Positions 20,093-30,100 of a stretch of 64,000 bases of DNA are shown in pieces. The stretch spans positions 3,052-67,051 of the forward strand of contig DASWAT010000083.1 of assembly GCA_036390995.1 (NCBI GenBank), read 5' to 3'. The notes beneath the pieces are model-generated. The model had not been told where the DNA came from and made no database searches. It saw only the letters and a list, made by a program, of their open reading frames with translations. Each line of letters starts with the position of its first letter. The stretch's first letter is position 1. The DNA is from Actinomycetota bacterium (GTDB lineage: Bacteria; Actinomycetota; UBA4738; HRBIN12). The translations under genes and the position numbers were made by a program.

Positions 20093-21817
20093 TCAGTCGA
20101 TGACGGCGATGGTCTCGCCGGGCTGCACCACCTGACCGGCCGAGATCGGCAGGTCCGAGACGATGCCGTCCCGGGGCGCGGGGATCGCGTTCTCCATCTT
20201 CATGGCCTCGAGGATGCACACGACGTCGCCGGCCGCGATCTCCTGCCCTTGCTCCACCAGCACCCGCAGGATCGTTCCCTGCATCGGCGCTGCCACCAGG
20301 CTGTGCACGTGCTCGCCGTGTGCGGCGGCGTGCCGGGACGGCTGCTTCGGAGCCGTGTCCCTCCGGTGGTCGAAGATGCGGATCGGCACGCGCCGGCCGT
20401 CCAGCTCCACGAGCAGCTCGGCCGGGACGGGTTGCCTGGCCTCGACCGGCGGGAGCGCCACCGCCGGCGCCGGCAGCACCGCGCGGCGCAGTGCCCCTTC
20501 CAGCCAGGTGGTGGTGTGCGAGCCCTCGCGGAACTCCGGCGTCCCCAGGACCCACTCGTGGAGCGGGATCGTGGTGGGGACGCCCTCGACCCGGTACTCG
20601 CCGAGGGCCCGGAGCATCCGCCGCCGGGCGCGCTCGCGATCCTGCCCCGAGACGATCGCCTTGGCGAACATCGAGTCGTAGTCCGCGGGGACCTCCTTGC
20701 CCTCCCGGACGTAGGAGTCCACCCGCACGAACGGCCCCGAGGGCTCGCGGTAGCCCAGGATCCGGCCCGGCCCCGGGAGGAAGTTCTTCGAGGGATCCTC
20801 GGCGTTGATCCGGCACTGGATCGCGTGCCCCTGGGGCCGGACGGAGGACAGGTCGATCCGCTCGCCCATGGTCACCGCGATCTGCAGGGCCACGAGGTCG
20901 AGGCCGGTCACCATCTCGGTCACGGTGTGCTCCACCTGGAGCCGGGTGTTCATCTCCAGGAAGTAGTAGTTGCCGTCGTCGTCGACGATGCCCTCGACGG
21001 TGCCCGCGTTCGTGTAGCCGGCCTCCTTCGCCAAGGCCATCGCGGCCTCGCCGATCCGCGACCGGAGCTCCGCATCGACGACGGGCGATGGCGTCTCCTC
21101 GACGAGCTTCTGGTGGCGGCGCTGGACCGAGCAGTCCCGCTCGCCCAGGAAGAACACGTTGCCGTGGTGATCGGCCAGGATCTGCGCCTCGACGTGGTGG
21201 GCGCGCTCGACGTAGCGCTCGAGGAAGACCTCGGGCCGGCCGAAGTACGCCTTGGCCTCGCGGGCGGCCCGGGCCAGGGCCGGGTCGAGCTCGTCGGGGG
21301 AGCGAACCACGTGCATCCCTCGCCCGCCGCCCCCGAACGCCGCCTTCACCAGGATAGGGAAGCCGATCCGCTCGGCGTGCCGGCGCGCTTGCTTCAAGGT
21401 GACCGGTTCCGGGGTCCCCGGGATGATCGGCACGCCGACCCGGTCGGCGGCCTGCCGGGCCGCGGACTTGTCGCCCATCATGTCGATCGCCTCGGCCGGC
21501 GGTCCGATGAACAGGAAGCCAGACTCCTCCACCGCGCGGGCGAAGTGCGCTCGTTCGGACAGGAACCCGTAGCCCGGGTGCACGGCCGTGGCCTTCGCCT
21601 TGCGTGCGGCCTCGAGGATCGCCCCGATCGACAGGTAGGAGTCGGCCGGCAGGGGAGGTCCGATCCGGTAGGCAGCGTCGGCCATCTCGACGTGCATCGA
21701 GTCCCGGTCGGCGTCGGAGTACACGGCGATCGAGCGGTGGCCGAGCTCGCGGATCGTCCGGATGATCCGGACCGCGATCTCTCCTCGGTTCGCGACCAGT
21801 ATGCGGGTCTTCGGCAC
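20093..21817 (-). CDS. Acetyl/propionyl-CoA carboxylase alpha subunit (biotin carboxylase + BCCP)
   Basis: GTG at 21817 with a GGAG 7 nt upstream, then KTRILVANRGEIAVR. ATP-grasp motifs (GGGGRGM, EMNTRLQVEH) and the C-terminal biotinyl motif EAMKMEN. The upstream in-frame extension to 22618 is GC read-through. Confidence 0.85.
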   Translation of the reverse strand: MPKTRILVANRGEIAVRIIRTIRELGHRSIAVYSDADRDSMHVEMADAAYRIGPPLPADSYLSIGAILEAARKAKATAVHPGYGFLSERAHFARAVEESGFLFIGPPAEAIDMMGDKSAARQAADRVGVPIIPGTPEPVTLKQARRHAERIGFPILVKAAFGGGGRGMHVVRSPDELDPALARAAREAKAYFGRPEVFLERYVERAHHVEAQILADHHGNVFFLGERDCSVQRRHQKLVEETPSPVVDAELRSRIGEAAMALAKEAGYTNAGTVEGIVDDDGNYYFLEMNTRLQVEHTVTEMVTGLDLVALQIAVTMGERIDLSSVRPQGHAIQCRINAEDPSKNFLPGPGRILGYREPSGPFVRVDSYVREGKEVPADYDSMFAKAIVSGQDRERARRRMLRALGEYRVEGVPTTIPLHEWVLGTPEFREGSHTTTWLEGALRRAVLPAPAVALPPVEARQPVPAELLVELDGRRVPIRIFDHRRDTAPKQPSRHAAAHGEHVHSLVAAPMQGTILRVLVEQGQEIAAGDVVCILEAMKMENAIPAPRDGIVSDLPISAGQVVQPGETIAVID

Positions 21818-21835
21818 GGGTGGCTCCAGGCTGCG

Positions 21836-22627
21836 ATGATTCCTCGTCACCCGAACGGGAGTCAAACGTTGCCGCTGTCCGAACTCGCCCTCACGCACGC
21901 GCTCGAACGGATCGGCGTCCGTGCCCCCGTTCGGTTCGAGGAGGTTACTCGTTCGACCCAGGCGGCGGCCCTGGGGTTGGCCGCGGAGGGTGCTCCCGAG
22001 TGGAGCATCGTGGCCGCCGGGCACCAGACCGAGGGCAGGGGACGCCTGGGCCGGACGTGGGTGGACGAGCCGGGCGCGGCGCTCATGTTCTCCGTCGTGC
22101 TGCGGCCCGATCTCGACCCCGCCAGCGGCGGCCTGATCCCGCTTTTGGCGGGGTGGGCCATGGCCGTCGCCTGCCGCGAGCTGGCGGGGGCCGACGTCGG
22201 CTGCAAGTGGCCGAACGACCTGCTCCTGGGCGAGGAGAAGGTCGGCGGGCTCCTCGCCGAGTCCCAGATCGACGCCGGCCGCTTCGCCTTCATCGTGCTC
22301 GGCGTCGGCGTGAACCTCTCCGCGGCTCCCGTGGAGGTTCCGGGGGCAGGAGCCCTGGGCCCGGTCGCGCCGGAGGAGCTGCTCGGACGCTTCCTGGAGG
22401 TCTTCGCCAGGAGGTACGAGCCCGCCCACCCGGCGTTCGCGGGGGCGGTCGCGGCCGCCTACCGAGAGGTGTGCCTCACGCTGGGCCGCCACGTCCGGGC
22501 CACCGGCACGGACGGCACCGACTTCGAGGGCGAGGCGATCGACGTCGACGAGACCGGTGCCCTCGTGGTCCGCACGGCCTCCGGCCTCGAGCCGGTCCGC
22601 TCCGGCGAGATCGAGCACCTCCGCTAG
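21836..22627 (+). CDS. birA: Biotin--[acetyl-CoA-carboxylase] ligase (group I, no DNA-binding domain)
   Basis: GHQTEGRGRLGRTW (the GRGRxGR biotin-binding loop) and KWPNDLLL. Divergent from the carboxylase alpha-subunit gene with an 18-bp gap. Confidence 0.8.
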   Translation: MIPRHPNGSQTLPLSELALTHALERIGVRAPVRFEEVTRSTQAAALGLAAEGAPEWSIVAAGHQTEGRGRLGRTWVDEPGAALMFSVVLRPDLDPASGGLIPLLAGWAMAVACRELAGADVGCKWPNDLLLGEEKVGGLLAESQIDAGRFAFIVLGVGVNLSAAPVEVPGAGALGPVAPEELLGRFLEVFARRYEPAHPAFAGAVAAAYREVCLTLGRHVRATGTDGTDFEGEAIDVDETGALVVRTASGLEPVRSGEIEHLR

Positions 22628-22632
22628 CGTGA

Positions 22633-23301
22633 TTGCCGCGGGGCGGCGCGCGCGGTAGCGTCCGAGCCGTGGCGTTCCCGCGGAGGCTGCTGGTCGACGG
22701 CGAGGAGCTGATCCTCGACCTCCGTCCCCATTGGATCGCCCTGGTGGGCCCCGTGTTCGTCACGCTGCTGGTGGTGGTGGGCTACATCCTCGCCCTGGTC
22801 TACGCGCCCGACTCGGGCGCCGCGCGCGCCACGGTGGTCTGGGGCGGGTTGGCCCTCGGCGTGCTGATCCTGCTGTGGTACCCCGTGCGCAAGGCGGTGG
22901 CGTGGGCGACGTCTCACTTCGTGGTGACGAGCGACCGCGTGATCCACCGGCAGGGGTGGATCGCGAAGTCGTCGATGGAGATCCCGCTGGAGGCCATCAA
23001 CGACGTCCGGTTCCACCAGGGCGTGTTCGAGCGGGTCATCGGGGCCGGGGACCTCATCATCGAGTCCGCGGGCGAGCGGGGCACGAACGCCTTCTCGGAC
23101 ATCCGTCATCCCGAAGATGTCCAGAAGACGATCTACCACCAGGGCGAGCTCAACCAGCAGCGGATGATGCGAGGCGCGGGGCCGGGACCGTCCGCGCCGT
23201 CCACCACGGGCGAGCTGGAGCGCCTGGTCGCCCTCCGCGACCGGGGCATCCTCACGCCCGAGGAGTTCGAGGCCCAGAAGCGGAAGATCCTCGGCAGCTA
23301 G
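22633..23301 (+). CDS. Membrane-anchored bacterial PH (bPH_2/YdbS-like) domain protein with C-terminal SHOCT motif
   Basis: Two TM helices, then the PH-like VTSDRVIHRQGWIAKSSMEIPLEAINDVRFHQG and a C-terminal LERLVALRDRGILTPEEFEAQKRKIL (SHOCT). Confidence 0.5.
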   Translation: MPRGGARGSVRAVAFPRRLLVDGEELILDLRPHWIALVGPVFVTLLVVVGYILALVYAPDSGAARATVVWGGLALGVLILLWYPVRKAVAWATSHFVVTSDRVIHRQGWIAKSSMEIPLEAINDVRFHQGVFERVIGAGDLIIESAGERGTNAFSDIRHPEDVQKTIYHQGELNQQRMMRGAGPGPSAPSTTGELERLVALRDRGILTPEEFEAQKRKILGS

Positions 23302-23375
23302 TCTGTCCCAGACTAGCCGTCCCGGCCGCCCCCCGCCGTTCGCCGGTGCGGGCGTTCGGTGATAGAACCGGACAC

Positions 23376-24545
23376 GTGGAACCGCGCGTCGCCGTGATCG
23401 GCATCGGACATTGCGGGTTCGCGCCCATCACGGCGGGGCTCTCCTACAAGGAGCTGATGTTCGAAGCGGCGCAGCGCGCCTATGACGACGCCGGCGTCGA
23501 TCCTCGGCAGGACATCGACTCGTTCGTCTGCTGCTCCGAGGACTTCTTGGAGGGCACGAGCATCTTCGACGAGTACGTGCCGGACCAGCTCGGTGCCGTC
23601 CGCCGGCCCGTGCAGACCGTGGCCGGCGACGGGCTGTTCGGGATCGCCACCGGGATGATGCTGATCCGCTCGGGCGTGGCCCGTGTCGTGGCGGTCGAGG
23701 CCCACAGCAAGGGCTCGGACGTGCGCACCCTCGGCGCGATCGAGCGGTTCGCGCTGGACCCGGTCTTCAACCGGCCGGTGCTGCCGTCGGTGCTGGCCGT
23801 CGCCGGCCTCGACATGAACGCGTTCCTCGAGCGGACCGGGCTGTCCGAGGAGCACTGCGCGATCGTTGCGGCGAAGAACCGCCGGAACGCGCTCGACAAC
23901 CCCCGGGCCGCGTACCCGGCCGACCTGGACGCGGAGGACGTGGACGACTCCGCGCCTGCGTACTGGCCGCTCCGCGAGCTCGAGATCGCCGCGCCGGCCG
24001 ACGGCTGTGTCGTGGCGGTCCTCGCCGTCGAAGAGCTCGCCCGTGAGCTGACCGAGGCGCCGGTGTGGATCCTCGGAGCGGGATGGTCGTCGGGGAGCCC
24101 GACGCTCGAGAGCCGGACCTGGGGCGAGGCCGACACCGTCCGCCGGGCCGCCGAGCGCGCCTACGCGATGGCGGGCATCGGGGACCCGGGCGAGGAGGTG
24201 GACCTGGCGGAGCTCGACGACACGTACGCGTACCGGGAGCTGCAGCACCTCGAGGCGCTCGGTCTGGCCACCGCGGAGGAGCTCCCGGGCTTGCTCGAGG
24301 AGGGCGAGCTGGAGCCCGACGGCGACCTGCCGGTGAACGTGTCCGGTGGGGCGCTCGGGCAGGGGAACCTGTTCGAGGGCAACGGCCTGGCCCGCCTGCA
24401 GGAATGCACGGAGCAGCTGCGAGGCGAGGCCGGTGAGCGGCAGGTGGACGAGGTCTACACGGCGGTCGCGCAGTCGTGGCCGGGCGTGCCGTCGACGTCG
24501 GCCGCGGTCGTCGTCCTCGCGAACGACGAGGGGGCGGGCGGGTGA
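23376..24545 (+). CDS. Thiolase-like protein (SCP-x / nonspecific lipid-transfer type)
   Basis: GTG at 23376 (VEPRVAVIGIGHCGF). Thiolase fold with CSEDF and GGALGQGN-type motifs. 389 aa. Confidence 0.7.
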   Translation: MEPRVAVIGIGHCGFAPITAGLSYKELMFEAAQRAYDDAGVDPRQDIDSFVCCSEDFLEGTSIFDEYVPDQLGAVRRPVQTVAGDGLFGIATGMMLIRSGVARVVAVEAHSKGSDVRTLGAIERFALDPVFNRPVLPSVLAVAGLDMNAFLERTGLSEEHCAIVAAKNRRNALDNPRAAYPADLDAEDVDDSAPAYWPLRELEIAAPADGCVVAVLAVEELARELTEAPVWILGAGWSSGSPTLESRTWGEADTVRRAAERAYAMAGIGDPGEEVDLAELDDTYAYRELQHLEALGLATAEELPGLLEEGELEPDGDLPVNVSGGALGQGNLFEGNGLARLQECTEQLRGEAGERQVDEVYTAVAQSWPGVPSTSAAVVVLANDEGAGG

Positions 24546-24898
24546 GCCTGGAGGCCTTGGACCACGTGTGGTTCTGGGTCGCCGACATGGACCGGGCCGT
24601 GGCCTTCTACACGGACGTGCTGGGTCTGCGGCTGGTTCGCCGCGACGGGGACGAGTGGGCGGAGTTCCAGGCCGGGGGGAGTCGGCTGGCGCTCCACGGG
24701 GCCGGCCCCGGATCCGTACCCGGCGGGACGGTGGTCTTCCGGGTGAACGATCTGACCGCGGCAAGGGCTGGTCTCGAGGCGCGCGGGGTCTCGTTCGATC
24801 ACGCGGGCGAGGTCGACCGCTACGCGAGCTACGCGACCTTCCGGGACCCGTTCGGCAACGGGCTGCAGCTGATCGAGTACGCGGAGGTGGCCCGCTGA
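24542..24898 (+). CDS. VOC/glyoxalase-family protein
   Basis: GTG 24542 overlaps the thiolase stop (GTGA). LDHVWFWVADMDRAVAFYTDVLGL...FRDPFGNGLQL, the glyoxalase/bleomycin-resistance fold. Confidence 0.6.
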   Translation: MSLEALDHVWFWVADMDRAVAFYTDVLGLRLVRRDGDEWAEFQAGGSRLALHGAGPGSVPGGTVVFRVNDLTAARAGLEARGVSFDHAGEVDRYASYATFRDPFGNGLQLIEYAEVAR

Positions 24899-26625
24899 TG
24901 GCGCGACGGGTCGCGGTGGTCGGGGCCGGCATGACCAGGTTCATGCGACGGGCCCAGGAGACCGGCAAGGAGCTCGCGTGGGAGGCGGCCCGCGCCGCGC
25001 TGGACTCGTGCGAGCTGTCGCTCCGCGACGTCGACGGCGTGTGCCTGACCTCGGGGCCGGACGCGTTCGACGGCGTGCACATGAAGGGCGAGTACCTGTC
25101 CGACGGGGCGGGGGCGTTCGGCAAGCCGTTCATCCGGACCTACGTGGGCGGCGGCAGCGGCGTGTTCACGGCGATCCAGGGGTGGTACTCGGTGGCCAGC
25201 GGGATGTTCGACGTGGCCCTGGTGGTGGCCGAGGAGAAGATGTCCTCGACCCAGCCCCACCCGCAGGGCGCGTTCCTCACGATCTTCGACAACGTCCTGG
25301 AGCGCCCGCTCGGCCCGAACCTCCTGTGGATCTTCGCGCTCGAGATGAACCGCTACATGACGGTGCACGGGCTCGACAAGCGCGACATCGCCGCCGTGGC
25401 CGTGAAGAACAAGCGCAACGCCGCCGACCATCCCGCGGCGTTGCTCGGCGACCGCGACATCACCGTCGACGACGTGCTGGCCTCCGAGACGCTCGCGTGG
25501 CCGGTGCAGCGCCTCGACGTGTCGCCGATCTCGGACGGAGCGGTGGCGCTCGTGGTGGCCTCGGAGGAGGCGGCCCGCCGGATCACCGACCGGCCGGTGT
25601 GGATCGACGGCGTCGGGTGGAACCTCGACACCGCGTACTGGACGAACCGCGATCTGGTCTTCCCCGAGTACGTCGCGAACGCCGCCCGCATGGCTTACGA
25701 GATGGCCGGCATCACCGAGCCGCGCAAACAGATCCACGTGGCGGAGCCCTACGACCCCTTCGACTACAAGGAGCTCCACCACCTCGAGGGTCTGCTGCTC
25801 TTCGACAGGGGCAAGGCGCCCGAGGCCGCTCGCGACGGCATCCTGGACCGCGACGGCGACCTTCCCAGCTGCCCGTCGGGGGGCCTGCTCGGGGTGGGCA
25901 ACCCGATCGCCGCGGCGGGCCTCATGAAGATCGCCGAGCTCTTCTGGCAGCTGCGCGGCGAAGCCGGCGCCCGCCAGGTCCCCGGCACTCCCGAGCGCGG
26001 TGTCGCGCAAGCCTGGGGCGATCTCATGCAGGTCGGAACCGTCGTCGTCATGGGTGCCGATGGTGCTCGCGGGGGCGGGGCGACACACCCGACGACCGGC
26101 GAGACGAAGCTGCCGGTGGTGCAGACGCCTCCGTACACGATGGGCGGGCATCCGCTGTCCGATGCGGAGTTCCGATCGGCCGTGGGGGCCGTGGACGACG
26201 CCGTGGACGCCCGGTACGCGTGGGACGCGGGTGTCGCGATCGGCCGGTTCCTCGACGGGCTCCGGGCCGGGAAGATCGTGGCACGCGTGTGCCATCGGTG
26301 CGAGAGGGTCCTCGTGCCGCCCCGGATGTTCTGCGAGCAGTGCTTCCGCGAGACCGACGGCTGGGCGGAGGTGGAGCCGACCGGGGTCGTCCAGACCTTC
26401 TCGATCTGCCACGTCTCGTGGGACATGCAGCGGCTGGAGGTCCCGGAGATGCCGGCCGTGATCGCGATCGACGGCTCGAGCGGCGGGTTCCTGCACAAGC
26501 TGGGCGAGGTGGAGCCCGGCGATCTCGCGGTGGGGATGGCCGTCGAGGCCGTGTGGAAGCCGGAGGCCGAGCGGACCGGCTCGATCCTCGACATCGCGTA
26601 CTTCCGGCCCCGGAGGGAGGCCTGA
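24898..26625 (+). CDS. Thiolase-like domain fused to C-terminal DUF35 (Zn-ribbon + OB-fold) domain
   Basis: ATG 24898 overlaps the VOC stop (ATGA). N-terminal thiolase fold (MARRVAVVGAGMTRF...), C-terminal DUF35 with CHRCERVLVPPRMFCEQC zinc ribbon. 575 aa. Confidence 0.7.
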   Translation: MARRVAVVGAGMTRFMRRAQETGKELAWEAARAALDSCELSLRDVDGVCLTSGPDAFDGVHMKGEYLSDGAGAFGKPFIRTYVGGGSGVFTAIQGWYSVASGMFDVALVVAEEKMSSTQPHPQGAFLTIFDNVLERPLGPNLLWIFALEMNRYMTVHGLDKRDIAAVAVKNKRNAADHPAALLGDRDITVDDVLASETLAWPVQRLDVSPISDGAVALVVASEEAARRITDRPVWIDGVGWNLDTAYWTNRDLVFPEYVANAARMAYEMAGITEPRKQIHVAEPYDPFDYKELHHLEGLLLFDRGKAPEAARDGILDRDGDLPSCPSGGLLGVGNPIAAAGLMKIAELFWQLRGEAGARQVPGTPERGVAQAWGDLMQVGTVVVMGADGARGGGATHPTTGETKLPVVQTPPYTMGGHPLSDAEFRSAVGAVDDAVDARYAWDAGVAIGRFLDGLRAGKIVARVCHRCERVLVPPRMFCEQCFRETDGWAEVEPTGVVQTFSICHVSWDMQRLEVPEMPAVIAIDGSSGGFLHKLGEVEPGDLAVGMAVEAVWKPEAERTGSILDIAYFRPRREA

Positions 26626-27113
26626 TGCGCGAGAAGATCGCGCGACCGGAGCGGGTGCGCCGCGTGCGGGGGGACATCCCCGTCCGGCACCGCTACACGC
26701 CGGGGGTGGCCGGCGAGGCGTTCTTCGCCGCCCTTCGCGACCGCGGCGTGTTGCTGGGATCCCGGTGCGAGAGCTGCGACTACACGTACGTCCCCGCCCG
26801 GCTGTTCTGCGAGCGCTGCTTCGCTGAGCTCGGCGCGGACGCCGAGGTCGGTCCGGGGGGTGAGCTCGTCTCGTTCACGATCGGGTTCGTGGACGCCGAC
26901 GGCGGGGCGCTCGATCTCCCCGAGACCCTCGGCCTGGTCCGTCTCGACGGGGCGGACGCCCTCCTGGTGCACCGGATCCTCGACCCCGGCGACGAGCCGC
27001 TCGAGATCGGAGAGCGGGTCGAGGCGGTCGTGCGCCCGCCCGAGCAGCGCTCCGGCTCGATCCTCGACCTCGAGGGCTTCCGGCTGGCGGAGGGGGAGCC
27101 GGACGCCGGGTAG
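26625..27113 (+). CDS. Stand-alone DUF35 (Zn-ribbon/OB-fold) protein
   Basis: ATG 26625 overlaps the previous stop (ATGA). CESCDYTYVPARLFCERC zinc ribbon followed by an OB-fold region. Confidence 0.65.
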   Translation: MREKIARPERVRRVRGDIPVRHRYTPGVAGEAFFAALRDRGVLLGSRCESCDYTYVPARLFCERCFAELGADAEVGPGGELVSFTIGFVDADGGALDLPETLGLVRLDGADALLVHRILDPGDEPLEIGERVEAVVRPPEQRSGSILDLEGFRLAEGEPDAG

Positions 27114-27161
27114 GCCCGGCGTCGCCCCGGGCTCGTCGGGTGCCCCACGTATGCTTGCGCG

Positions 27162-30100
27162 ATGAGCCAGGTCAGGTGCGAGCGCTGCGGCGAGCCGCTC
27201 CAGGCGACCGCCCGGTTCTGCCCGAACTGCGGGTTCCCCACCACGGCGCCCCCACCGGAGGAGCGCAAGGTCGTGACCGTCGTGTTCACCGACCTGGTGG
27301 GCTCCACGCAGCTGTCCGCCAGGATCGATCCCGAGGCCTACCGGGAGGTCATCGCCGGCTACTACCAGGCCGTGACCGAGGAGCTCGAGTCGCTCCGGGG
27401 ACGCGCGTACAACTTCGCCGGCGACGCCGTGGTCGGCGTGTTCGGATTGCCGCAGGCCCACGACGACGACGCCCTGCGGGCGATCAGAGCCGGCCTGGCC
27501 GTGGTGGACCGTGTGGAGCGTCTCGGGCGGTCGTTCGGCCTGCCGACGCCTCTCCGCTGCCGGGTCGGCGTGAACACGGGCCCCGTGGCCGTCGGGTCCG
27601 AAGGGGCCGAGCAGGGACTGCTCTTCGGCGCCGCCGTGAACGCGGCGGCGCGCCTGCAACAGGCCGCCGAGCCGGGCACGGTCCTCGTGGGCCAGACCAC
27701 CCGGATGATCACCGAGGACCGGGTGGAGTTCGGACCGGATCTGCTCATCGAGGCGAAGGGCTTCGAGGATCCGCTTCCCGCGTGGCCGGTGGTTGCCCTG
27801 GCCCCCCGCTCGTCGCGCCGGACCATCCCGTTCGTCGACCGCCGACGCGAGCTGCGGCTGCTCCACGACACGTTCGAGCGCGCCGTGGAGGCACGGCGCG
27901 CGCACATGGTGACGTTGTTCGGCGAGCCCGGGATCGGGAAGAGCCGGGTGATCGACGAGTTCGTGGCCACGCTCCCCGAGGGGACGAAGGTGCTCACCGG
28001 CAGGGCGAGCCCGTTCGAGGAGGACGTCACGTTCTCGCCGGTCGGGCAGATGCTGCTCCAGGAGCTCGGGGAGCCCCCCGACGCGCCGAAGCAGGAGCTG
28101 CAGCTACGCCTCGAGGAGGTCGTCGTCTCGTGCTGCTCGCCCGACCGCTCGCAGGAGATCGTCGCGCGGCTGGGTCACGCGCTCGGGCTGGTCGACGAAC
28201 CGCGGGAGGAGCGCCGGTCCCGCGTGGCCGAGATCCGGGCGGGCCTGCTCGCGTTCCTCGAGGGCCTCGCGGCTCAAGGGCCGGTGGTCCTCGTGTTCGA
28301 GGACCTTCACCTGGCCGAGCCGCAGCTCCTCGACCTGGTGGAGGAGACCGTCCGCGAGGCTCGGGGCGTGCCGCTGTTCGTCCTGTGCGCCGCCCGGTAC
28401 GACCTCCTGGACGAGCGCCCGGCGTGGGGCGGTGGCCTCGGCGACTCGCTGAACCTGTACCTGGAGTCGATGTCGCTGGAGGATGCCACCGAGCTGGCGC
28501 TGGAGGCGGGGGAGGGTCTGGATCCGCGCACGGCCGAGCGGATCGCCCGGCACGCCGGGGGGAACCCGTTCTTCATCGTAGAGACCACGGGGATGTTCCT
28601 GCACCTGGGGGCGGAGCTGCCCTCCGACACGGGACCGATGCCGCAGGCGCTGTTGCCTCCGACCGTGCAGGCCGTGATCGCGTCTCGGATCGACCACCTG
28701 CCCGCCGACGCGCGCGACCTCATCCGCAAGGCGTCGGTCTTCGCGCGCTCGAGGTTCGACCTCTCCGAGCTCCAGCTGATCGCCGATCCGAACGAGAAGG
28801 TGCTCGCCCTGTTGGAGGACGAGGAGCTCCTCGTCCCCGATCCCGAGCGCCCGGGCGTGTGGCGGTTCCGGCACGGGATGGTCCGCGACGTGGCCTACGA
28901 GAGCCTGCCCAAGCGCGAGCGCCAGCGGCTGCACCTGCTGGTCGCGGATCGGCTCTCCCGGGACCCCTCGACGGCGGCCCGCTACCCACGATCGATCGCT
29001 TACCACCTGGAGCAGGCCGCCCGCGCCTCGCTGGACCTGAACCCCTCGGACCGGTCGCTGGCCGATCGAGCCGTGGAGGCGCTCGCGCACGCAGGCCATC
29101 TGGCGCTCGACGGGTCGGAGCCGCGACCCGCCGCCGACCTGTTCGAGCGGGCCATCGCCCTGGCGGGGCCCGGGTCCGGATGGGGAGGCCGGGAGGCCGA
29201 CGTGCTGGCCCACCTCGGCGAGGCCCGCTACTGGCTGGGCGAGTTCGAGGCCGCCGTCCCGCCGCTCGGCCGCGCGCTCGAGCTGGCCCCGGGTGACCTG
29301 CCGATCCAGGCGCACGCGACCCGGTTCCTCGGCGACATCGAGCTGTCGATCCGCGGCAACCGCGAGCGGGCCGAGGAGCTGTTCGACCGCGCGCTGGCCT
29401 CGGCGCGCGAGCTCGGCGATCCCCGCACCCTGGCCCGGACGCTGCTGACCGCGGCCTGGGCGCCGTACTGGCGGGACGACCTGGACGCGACCAGAGCGAT
29501 GTTCGAGGAGGCGCTGCGAGTGGCCCGGGCCACCCGCGGCGGGGATCCGTGGGCGGAGGCCCGGGCCCTGAGCTCGCTGGCCGCCGTGGTCTCGGAGGTC
29601 GGCGACGAGGACGAGGCATTCGCGCTCGCATCGGAGTCGCTGGCCATCGCGGAGGCCAAGGGGGATCGGTTCGCGATGGCGGTGGCGCGCCAGGAGGTGG
29701 GGGACGCGCTCCGGCACATGTGGAGGCTGGCCGACGCCCTGCCGCACCTCGACAGGTCGGTCGACGCGTTCCGCGAGCTCGGCGCCCGGTGGGAGCTCGC
29801 CAGCGCGCTCACGTCGCGGGGCGTCCTGCACCGGCACGCCGGGCGGATCGACCAGGCGGTCCGGGACCTCCGGGAGGCCTACCGCCTCTGCCGCGAGCTG
29901 AGGGAGCGGAGCATCCTCACGTGGACGGCGCGCTCGCTGGCCGTGGCCCTGGTGATGGCGGAGGACCTGCCCGGGGCCAGAGCCTTGATCGAGGAGACGG
30001 CCACCGTGGCCCAGCCCGAGGGTCCGGGTGCCAGCGAGTGGCTCACCGACGCCGAGATCGTCCTCCTGCTCGCGGGGGGCGACGAGGCGGGGGCCCGGGA

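Noticed and set aside
21818-22618. N-terminal 267-aa extension of the carboxylase alpha ORF up to 22618
   Set aside because: It overlaps the well-supported birA on the opposite strand. A GTG with RBS sits directly in front of the conserved biotin-carboxylase N-terminus (KTRILVANRGE).
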